Source: Verrucomicrobiales bacterium (GTDB taxonomy: Bacteria; Verrucomicrobiota; Verrucomicrobiia; Limisphaerales; UBA1100). Taken from it: a stretch of 64,000 bases of DNA. Below, in pieces: positions 57,146 to 64,000 of the stretch. The notes under the pieces are model-generated. The model was not told the origin of the DNA and ran no database searches. It was given only the letters and a program-made list of their open reading frames with translations. The translations under genes and the position numbers were made by a program. The stretch is taken from positions 187,225 to 251,224 of the forward strand of contig JAYOSV010000001.1 of assembly GCA_038139415.1 (NCBI GenBank), written 5' to 3'. Positions within the stretch are counted from its first letter, which is position 1; each line of letters begins with the position of its first letter.

Positions 57146-58138
57146 CTAAGGCACTGGCAGGTGGTCGAGCAGTAATTGCACGATCTGTTCGCTATTTTTC
57201 TCCTCCGCCTCGGCTTCGTAGGACACATGCACGCGATGGCGCAGCACATCCATGGCGATGCTCTTCACATCCTGCGGTGTCACATAACCGCGGCCATGCA
57301 CAAAGGCATGGGATTTGGCGGCGAGCGTGAGGAAAATGGTGGCGCGGGGCGAGGCTCCCAGCTCGATGAGGCCTTCAGCGGGGATCTTGTATTTGCCCGG
57401 ATCGCGCGTGGCGCAGACGAGGTCCACAATGTAGTCCTTCACTTTGTCATCCACATAAATGGAATCGACCACCTTGCGCGCGGTGAGGATTTGCTCGGCC
57501 GTCACCACCTGAGAGGCGGTTGGTAAATCCTCTGTCTTGGCCCAGTCATCCAAAATCCGTCGTTCGTCGTCGCGCTCGGGGTAGGTGATCACTACCTTGA
57601 GCATAAAGCGGTCCACCTGCGCCTCAGGCAGTGTGTAGGTGCCTTCCTGTTCAATGGGGTTTTCCGTTGCCATCACGAGAAAGGGCGCGGGCAGGGAGTA
57701 GGTCGTGGCGCCGATGGTCACCTGCTTTTCCTGCATGGCCTCCAGTAGCGCGCTTTGCACCTTGGCAGGGGCGCGGTTGATTTCATCCGCCAACACCAGA
57801 TTGGCAAAAACCGGCCCCTGGCGCGTGGTGAACTCGCCGGATTGCGGATTGTAAATCTGTGTGCCGGTTACGTCCGCCGGAAGCATGTCCGGCGTAAACT
57901 GAATGCGGGAGAAATTGACGTTCAGTGTGTCGGACAGCGTCTTGATCGCCAGCGTCTTGGCCAGTCCGGGCACGCCTTCGAGCAGCACGTGGCCATTGGC
58001 CAGCAGGCTGATCACCAGCCGTTCCATAAGGTAGGATTGGCCGACAATCACCTTGCCAACCTCGCTCAGCAACGGCTGAACAAATGCGCCTGCCTCAATG
58101 ACCCGTTGATTGGCCGCCTCAATTTCGTCCCGATTCAT
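57146..58138 (-). CDS. moxR: MoxR family AAA+ ATPase
   Basis: GVPGLAKT, RIQFTPDMLPAD, ADEINRAPAKVQSALLEAM and LPEAQVDRF. Confidence 0.96.
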   Translation of the reverse strand: MNRDEIEAANQRVIEAGAFVQPLLSEVGKVIVGQSYLMERLVISLLANGHVLLEGVPGLAKTLAIKTLSDTLNVNFSRIQFTPDMLPADVTGTQIYNPQSGEFTTRQGPVFANLVLADEINRAPAKVQSALLEAMQEKQVTIGATTYSLPAPFLVMATENPIEQEGTYTLPEAQVDRFMLKVVITYPERDDERRILDDWAKTEDLPTASQVVTAEQILTARKVVDSIYVDDKVKDYIVDLVCATRDPGKYKIPAEGLIELGASPRATIFLTLAAKSHAFVHGRGYVTPQDVKSIAMDVLRHRVHVSYEAEAEEKNSEQIVQLLLDHLPVP

Positions 58139-58168
58139 ACCGGGAGGGTAACGGGAGAGGGCGCAGGG

Positions 58169-58531
58169 CTAAAGGCCGAAAAATTCCTGCCAAGCGTCTT
58201 CGTTGAAACCGGTGAGCCCACCGGATTTATTGACGACAAACGGCCGTTTCACGAGGTTACCGTTAGTGTTAAGGATATCAATGGCCTGCGCTTCACTGAG
58301 TGTCGGGAGATTTTCCTTCAGATTCAGCTTCTTGTAATCACCGCCGGAGGTATTGAAGAGTTTCCGGATATTGCCCTCACTGGCCTTCAGCACGCGTCGC
58401 AATTCGGTCTTGTTGGGCGGCGTTTCCCGTATGGGAACGGCCTTGTACTCGATTCCCTGTGCTTCCAACCATTTGAGCGCTTTGCGACAGGTGCTGCAGC
58501 CTTTGTACTCGTAAACCTTAGTGGTGGGCAT
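58169..58531 (-). CDS. ArsC/Spx (YffB-like) thioredoxin-fold protein
   Basis: CSTCRKA, LFNTSG and NLVKRP; start MPTTKV. Confidence 0.88.
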   Translation of the reverse strand: MPTTKVYEYKGCSTCRKALKWLEAQGIEYKAVPIRETPPNKTELRRVLKASEGNIRKLFNTSGGDYKKLNLKENLPTLSEAQAIDILNTNGNLVKRPFVVNKSGGLTGFNEDAWQEFFGL

Positions 58532-58537
58532 GGAGGG

Positions 58538-58566
58538 AGCATAGCTCCCCATTAAAGCTGGGTGAA
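58538..58566 (-). promoter_or_regulatory. Putative leaderless promoter of the ArsC/Spx gene
   Basis: Minus strand TTCACC-17 nt-TATGCT-6 nt-ATG. Confidence 0.45.
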
Positions 58567-59484
58567 GAGATATCGTGCCTGAACCACATCTTTTTCAATC
58601 TGTGCCCGCAATGCGTCTAGCGAATCAAAGGATTGTTCCTCACGCAATTTGCCGACAAAAGTGAGCGTGCAGACGCGGTCATAAATCTCCCCGTCGAAAT
58701 CCAGCAAATACGCCTCCACGTGCAGGACGGGCTCAGGGTCTTTTAACGTCGGCCGTAGACCGATGTTCACCGCAGCGCGGTACGGTTCGCCATCCACCTC
58801 AGCATGCGCGGCATACACGCCATTGGGCGGCGTGCACCGACCGGTGATCTCGAGGTTGGCAGTGGGGAAACCCAGTTCCCGGCCGCGTTGATCGCCGCGA
58901 ATCACTTTGCCCGCCAGTGCGTATTCGCGCCCGAGCATCTGTCCGGCTAGATCCAATTGCCCCCCGGCAATCGCCTGCCGAATCCGCGTACTACTTACTG
59001 TCTCCCCATCCAACGCCACACTGGCCGTGCCGTGTGCTACAAAATGGAGTTCCTGTCCGAGTTGATGCAGCAATTTTACATTTCCTTTTCGGCCTTGGCC
59101 AAATGCGAATTGGGCGCCGACACAAATGGAGCTGATTCGGCCGAGATCGACAGCCAATCCCTGAATGAACGCCTCGGCCGGGATTTTGCTCATGGCTTCA
59201 TCGAAGGGAAGGATCAAGGTGGCGTCCACGCCCAGGGCGCGGATGGCTTCGAGGCGTTGATCGAGTGATTGAATCAATAGCGGGGCCCGTTCCGGCGCAA
59301 TGACGGTGGCCGGATGTTTATCAAAGGTGACGCAGAGGGAGGAGGATTCGAGCTGGTGAGCATCGGAAACGGCCTGCCGAATGACCTGTTGGTGCCCAAG
59401 ATGAACGCCATCAAACATGCCGATGGCGCAGCATACGCGGCCGTTGGCCGGCTTCAGTTCGCGGGCATCGCTGAGCGTCCTCAT
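58552..59484 (-). CDS. ribF: Bifunctional riboflavin kinase/FAD synthetase
   Basis: GMFDGVHLGH, SSTRIR, GFPTAN and GVYA. Confidence 0.96.
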   Translation of the reverse strand: MRTLSDARELKPANGRVCCAIGMFDGVHLGHQQVIRQAVSDAHQLESSSLCVTFDKHPATVIAPERAPLLIQSLDQRLEAIRALGVDATLILPFDEAMSKIPAEAFIQGLAVDLGRISSICVGAQFAFGQGRKGNVKLLHQLGQELHFVAHGTASVALDGETVSSTRIRQAIAGGQLDLAGQMLGREYALAGKVIRGDQRGRELGFPTANLEITGRCTPPNGVYAAHAEVDGEPYRAAVNIGLRPTLKDPEPVLHVEAYLLDFDGEIYDRVCTLTFVGKLREEQSFDSLDALRAQIEKDVVQARYLFTQL

Positions 59485-60224
59485 GCGGGTTGCAGCAGGT
59501 GAGCCAGTTCTACGAGCGAAATGACGCGACCGGGCAATTCGGATTCCGGCAGTTTCACGAGGTCTTCCAGTCGGATGGCGTCAGCGACATCAAACTTTCC
59601 GGAGGCTGTGCGGTGCAGGGTGCGCAGGTGCGCGCCGCAACCGAGTTGCTGGCCGAGATCATGTGCCAGGCTTCGTACGTAGGTGCCCTTGGAACAATGC
59701 ACCCGGAAGATGCCGACCGGGTCAGTGTAGTGTTTGAACTCGAAGGAAAACATATGCACCGGCTTGGCTTCGCGTTCGACGGTTTTGCCTTTGCGGGCAA
59801 GTTTGTAGAGCGGTACGCCGTCTTTCTTAACGGCGGAAACCATGGGCGGTTTCTGCTGGATATCTCCCTGAAAGGACTGGGCGGCGGCGTTCAGCGCCTC
59901 GCAATCGAGAGAGGGCACCGCTGCGGTGGCCGTGATGTCGCCCTGAGCATCGTAGCTGTCAGTGCATTTGCCGAACTCAATGGAGCCTTCGTAGATCTTG
60001 TGATCGGCAGTGAGTTTCATGGAAAGCTTGGTGGCTCGGCCGAGGAGCAGGATCAAAAGGCCTGTGGCAGCGGGATCGAGGGTGCCGCAATGGCCGACCT
60101 TTTGAATGCCGTATTGGCCGCGAATGATATCCACAATATCATGGGAGGTGGGCCCGGACGGCTTGTCGATTAGCAATGCGCCATGCAGTTCGTTTTCCGG
60201 TTGGCGGGAGCGTTGGCGGGGCAT
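59481..60224 (-). CDS. truB: tRNA pseudouridine(55) synthase
   Basis: KVGHCGTLDP, PPMVSAVK and CSKGTYVRSL. Confidence 0.96.
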   Translation of the reverse strand: MPRQRSRQPENELHGALLIDKPSGPTSHDIVDIIRGQYGIQKVGHCGTLDPAATGLLILLLGRATKLSMKLTADHKIYEGSIEFGKCTDSYDAQGDITATAAVPSLDCEALNAAAQSFQGDIQQKPPMVSAVKKDGVPLYKLARKGKTVEREAKPVHMFSFEFKHYTDPVGIFRVHCSKGTYVRSLAHDLGQQLGCGAHLRTLHRTASGKFDVADAIRLEDLVKLPESELPGRVISLVELAHLLQPA

Positions 60225-61216
60225 TAGCGGGATTGGTTGCTTTCGGCAAGGGCCTGTTTTACGGCGGCCAGCACTCGGCGCTGCACGGTACTGGATTTAC
60301 CAAGGATTCGGGCGCCCGCGGCGGATTGATGGCCGCCGCCGCCAAAGGCGAGGGCAATATCCGAGGCATTCACCTCAGGCAATTTCGAGCGCAGACTGAT
60401 GCGGGTAATCTCCGGCTCAATTTCTTCAAACAGGCAGGCAATCTTCACGCCTTGAATGTCGCGGATGTGGTCGATGAGTCCCTCGCTTTCGTCCGGCACA
60501 GCGCCGGCTTTTTTGTAGTCCGCCTGACGTAGCCAAAAGTAGGCGACCTGATTTTGCTCGGTGAGTTTGAAGCTGTTGTACATGTGCTTCTGCAGTTTCA
60601 CGCGGGACAGGGGATAGCTCTGGTAAACCTCCTCACAGATGCGCGCGAGATGGGCGCCGCGATTCACCAGCTCGGCGGCGGCGTGGTAGGTGGAGGGCTG
60701 CGTGGTGGGGTATTGGAAACTGCCGGTATCGGTGCTGATGGCGGTAAAGAGGCAATCGGCGATGGGCGCGGTGATCGGCCACTTGGCCTGCTTGAGAAGG
60801 CGATAGATGAGTTCGCCGCTGCTTGCGGATTTGGCGTCGATCCAGTTGATGTCGCCGTAGCGTGTGTTGGAGCCGTGATGATCGATGTTGATGAGCGGGC
60901 CGCGTTTGCTGATTGAATCGCAAATGGCCCCCATGCGCTCGAAGTTGGCGCAGTCGGTTACCACCACGGCATCAAACGGGCGCGGGGGGCGCGGGCCGGT
61001 AAGGATTTTGCCCGGATCGAGAAAGGTCAGTTTCTCGGGCATCTCGTCCTGATTAAAGGCGGTGACTTTTTTGCCGAGATTCTTGAGCGCATATGCCAGG
61101 GCTAGCTCACTGCCGATGCAGTCGCCATCGGGCCGCATGTGGCCGGCAATTGCGATGGTGCGAGCGGCTTTCAGTTCGCGGATGATTTGATCGATGATCT
61201 TGAGACGGCGCTTCAC
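60224..61216 (-). CDS. nrnA: DHH/DHHA1 oligoribonuclease/pAp phosphatase
   Basis: HMRPDGDCIGS, NIDHH, TDTGSF and GGGGHQSAAG. Confidence 0.9.
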   Translation of the reverse strand: MKRRLKIIDQIIRELKAARTIAIAGHMRPDGDCIGSELALAYALKNLGKKVTAFNQDEMPEKLTFLDPGKILTGPRPPRPFDAVVVTDCANFERMGAICDSISKRGPLINIDHHGSNTRYGDINWIDAKSASSGELIYRLLKQAKWPITAPIADCLFTAISTDTGSFQYPTTQPSTYHAAAELVNRGAHLARICEEVYQSYPLSRVKLQKHMYNSFKLTEQNQVAYFWLRQADYKKAGAVPDESEGLIDHIRDIQGVKIACLFEEIEPEITRISLRSKLPEVNASDIALAFGGGGHQSAAGARILGKSSTVQRRVLAAVKQALAESNQSR

Positions 61217-61578
61217 GAGTTTTTATCCCTCTCATTTTCCCCCTCCAATTCCTCGAGGATGGAGATGACACGGTCACCTTCGGCGATGGCATCGTTCAGC
61301 TCGAACTTGATGCGCGGAGTGTATTTTAACACCACCTCGCAGCCGAGCATGTATTGAAAATGGGAGCGGTCGCGTTCGAGGCGTTTACCGGCGGCGTATT
61401 GCTGACTTTCACTACCGAGGACGCTGATGAAGATGGTTGCTGAATGCAGATCGTTGGCGACGCCAACGTCGTTGACACTGACCAGACCGCATTCCTCGGT
61501 GCTCAGCTCGCGTCGGAGAATATCTCCAACAGTGCGCTTGAGCAGTTCGCGAACGCGTTCATGACGAAGCGACGGCAT
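61213..61578 (-). CDS. rbfA: Ribosome-binding factor A
   Basis: RHERV, DL..ATIFIS and LKYTPRIKF; directly after infB. Confidence 0.92.
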   Translation of the reverse strand: MPSLRHERVRELLKRTVGDILRRELSTEECGLVSVNDVGVANDLHSATIFISVLGSESQQYAAGKRLERDRSHFQYMLGCEVVLKYTPRIKFELNDAIAEGDRVISILEELEGENERDKNS

Positions 61579-61590
61579 GCGAGGGCGGAG

Positions 61591-63975
61591 CTACAGGGTG
61601 GCGGCCACTTGTTCGGTGGTGACGGATTGGATGAGATCGCCTTCCTGAAAATCATCAAATCCATCCACACGGATACCGCAGTCCATTCCGGAACGGACGA
61701 CATCGACGTTGTCCTTGAATCGTTTCAGGGTATGGATCGGGCCGGTAAAGAGTTCCTTTTCGCCGCGCATCACGCGAACTTTGCCGCGCTTGATGTGGCC
61801 ATCTGTCACCATGCAACCAGCCACGTTGCCACCCTTGCTAAGCGGGAAGAGTTGTCGGATTTCGGCGGTGCCGGTCACCACGATCTTCTCGATGGGCTCC
61901 AGTAGGCCGGCCATGGCGTCCTTCATTTCATCGATCAACTCGTAAATGATCTTGTACTGTTTGATCTGTACGCCGTGTTGTTTGGCGGCTTCGGGCGCGG
62001 TCTTGTCCACGCGTGTGTGAAAGCCAAGGATGACCGCCTGCGAGCTGGCCGCCAAGTGCACGTCGCTCTCGGTTACCGCGCCCACGGCGTTGTGGATGAC
62101 TTCGAGATCGACCTTGTTTGATTCGATCTTACTAAGGGATTCGCAGATGGCTTCGACGGAGCCTTGGGTGTCGGCCTTGACGATGACCTTGAGCACCTTG
62201 GCGGTGGTAGCGTCGATTTGGTCAAAGAGGTTTTCGAGCGTGACGCCGGCTGCGCGGCCGTCGAGCTTTTCCTTGTGGGCGGCGTCGCCGCGTTCTTCGG
62301 CGAGTTCGCGGGCTGCCTTTTCGTTGTCGACGGAGTTAAATTCATCACCGGCTTCGGGAACCCCGTTGAGACCGAGTAATTTCACCGCGTAAGAGGGCCC
62401 GGCGGTTTTCATGCGCTGGTCGTCCTCATTGATGAGGGCGCGGGCTTTGCCAAAGTGTTTGCCGCAAATGACGGTGTCGCCAACGTTGAGAGTGCCTTTA
62501 CGGACGAGCACGGTGGCGGTGGGGCCGCCTTGTTCCATGCCGGACTCGATGACGTTGCCCATAGCGCGGCGGTTGGGGTTGGCCTTAAGTTCGAGGAGTT
62601 CGGCCTGCAGCAAAATGGCGTCGAGCAGTTTGTCGATGCCATCGCCTTTCACGGCGGAGACATCCACGAACAGTGTATCGCCACCCCAATCTTCAGCGCT
62701 CAGCCCGTGTTCAGCGAGTTGCTCGCGCGGTCGCATGGGATTGGCGGCTGGTAAATCGCATTTGTTGACGGCCACAATGATGGAGGCGCCCGATTCCTTG
62801 GCGTGACTGACCGATTCAATGGTCTGGGGCATCACCCCGTCATTGGCGGCGACCACGAGTACAATCAGATCGGTGACGTTGGCTCCGCGAGCGCGCATGG
62901 CGCTGAAGGCGGCGTGACCGGGGGTGTCCAGAAAGGTAATGGGTTCGAGGCGTTTCTTATCCTCGGGGTGGGGTACCTCGATCGAGTAGGCACCGATGTG
63001 CTGGGTGATGCCACCGGCTTCACCGGAAACCACATCGGCTTTGCGAATGGCATCAAGCAGGGTGGTTTTGCCATGGTCCACGTGACCCATTACGGCAACT
63101 ACCGGCGGGCGTGGTTTGAGATCCTTCTCGTCGTCTTCGGTATCTAATTCGAGTTTCTTTTCCTGAATGGGGGCCGGAGCGTCGGCATCGCGTTGGCGTT
63201 TCTTGGCCTCAAACTTGAAACCGTTTTTGGCACAAAGTTGTTTGGCAGTGGGCTCGTCTACGGCCTGATTGACATTGGCAAACACCCCGATCTGCATGAG
63301 ATCGGCAATGAGCTGGAAGGGCTTGCGGTTGATGGCTTCTGCCAGCTCGCGCACCATGATGGGCGGCTTGAGTGTGATGACCGGCGCATCGGCCTTGGCG
63401 GTGTAACGGGGAGAGCCGGGCCGGGAAGGGCTGCCAGAAGGTTTACCGCCGGGTGCGGGTTTCTTTTTGTCGTCCTTCTTCTCACGTCGCCGGGGTTCGC
63501 GTCGGGAAGGCATGCCTCCTAAATCTATGAAGCCGACTTGTTGGCCAACCTTCGGGCCAGCGGGTGCTTCGGGCTCGGTTGGCGCAGTTTCCTCGGCGGG
63601 TGCTTCGGCTTCCGTTGCTTCGGTAGCCTCGAGAGCTTCCGCTGTTTCTTCAGTTTCCTCTGAGGCTTGGGATTCTTCGATCTCAGTTTCCTCGGCGGGG
63701 ATTTCGGCTTCGAGGACTTCCGGTTCTTCGGCTACGATGAGCACGGGGCCGCTGGGCGCTTCCTCGGTCGGGACGGTCTCGGTGGCAGCGGGCGCTTCGG
63801 GTTCCGCTGGCTTGAGGTCTTTGGCAAGTTGTTCCTCAAGATACTCGGCGGTGATCTTGTCCAGCGAACTGGAGGCGACCTTGGCGTTGGTGATATTAAG
63901 GTCCTTCGCCTTGGCCAGAACATCTTTGCTCTGGACACCGAGATTCTTGGCTATTTCGTAGATCCGAACGGGCAT
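61591..63975 (-). CDS. infB: Translation initiation factor IF-2
   Basis: [35 protein letters not shown] and NKCD. Confidence 0.98.
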   Translation of the reverse strand: MPVRIYEIAKNLGVQSKDVLAKAKDLNITNAKVASSSLDKITAEYLEEQLAKDLKPAEPEAPAATETVPTEEAPSGPVLIVAEEPEVLEAEIPAEETEIEESQASEETEETAEALEATEATEAEAPAEETAPTEPEAPAGPKVGQQVGFIDLGGMPSRREPRRREKKDDKKKPAPGGKPSGSPSRPGSPRYTAKADAPVITLKPPIMVRELAEAINRKPFQLIADLMQIGVFANVNQAVDEPTAKQLCAKNGFKFEAKKRQRDADAPAPIQEKKLELDTEDDEKDLKPRPPVVAVMGHVDHGKTTLLDAIRKADVVSGEAGGITQHIGAYSIEVPHPEDKKRLEPITFLDTPGHAAFSAMRARGANVTDLIVLVVAANDGVMPQTIESVSHAKESGASIIVAVNKCDLPAANPMRPREQLAEHGLSAEDWGGDTLFVDVSAVKGDGIDKLLDAILLQAELLELKANPNRRAMGNVIESGMEQGGPTATVLVRKGTLNVGDTVICGKHFGKARALINEDDQRMKTAGPSYAVKLLGLNGVPEAGDEFNSVDNEKAARELAEERGDAAHKEKLDGRAAGVTLENLFDQIDATTAKVLKVIVKADTQGSVEAICESLSKIESNKVDLEVIHNAVGAVTESDVHLAASSQAVILGFHTRVDKTAPEAAKQHGVQIKQYKIIYELIDEMKDAMAGLLEPIEKIVVTGTAEIRQLFPLSKGGNVAGCMVTDGHIKRGKVRVMRGEKELFTGPIHTLKRFKDNVDVVRSGMDCGIRVDGFDDFQEGDLIQSVTTEQVAATL

Positions 63976-64000
63976 AAATCAGGGGGCAGTTATTCGGCGG

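Noticed and set aside
63560..63810. GCTTC-rich quasi-repeats in infB
   Set aside because: They encode the variable Glu/Ala/Pro-rich IF-2 N-terminal linker and are not a DNA repeat array
1..64000. CRISPR arrays, tRNA/rRNA genes, transposases, prophage or defence genes
   Set aside because: None recognised; intergenic gaps are short and explained by promoters or hairpins. A small ncRNA could still be missed without a covariance search

Overview
A gene-dense, mostly GC-rich bacterial chromosome segment of largely housekeeping genes. It is inferred to be Verrucomicrobiota (PVC superphylum) from the MurC-MurB fusion, the LysM gene between murD and ftsW, and a DUF5069-like protein; the lineage is not proven. 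In order it contains: sugar oxidoreductase/epimerase genes with an NSS transporter; recN, a PhnP-like hydrolase, an HExxH protein and tatD; gltA-sucCD-yggT; murI, a RibD-like gene and queA; a complete dcw cluster (mraZ to ftsZ) followed by three CNNM/CorB paralogues; a HAD gene and gnd; lpxI and an AT-richer pair of unknown membrane-anchored helical proteins; a Tat-exported Gfo/Idh/MocA enzyme with a DUF6807 partner; a MoxR/Bat operon; and infB-rbfA-nrnA-truB-ribF. No tRNA, rRNA, CRISPR array or transposase was seen. The best candidate for an undescribed system is the MoxR/Bat operon, whose BatB-BatC fusion carries a four-cysteine ribbon inside the VWA domain and a TgpA-like transglutaminase domain (Cys-His-Glu) inside the BatC part. 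The second is an FtsZ with degenerate GTP-binding and catalytic motifs but an intact C-terminal peptide. All calls are by eye from motifs and synteny, and no searches were run. Several starts were moved downstream of the ORF track.
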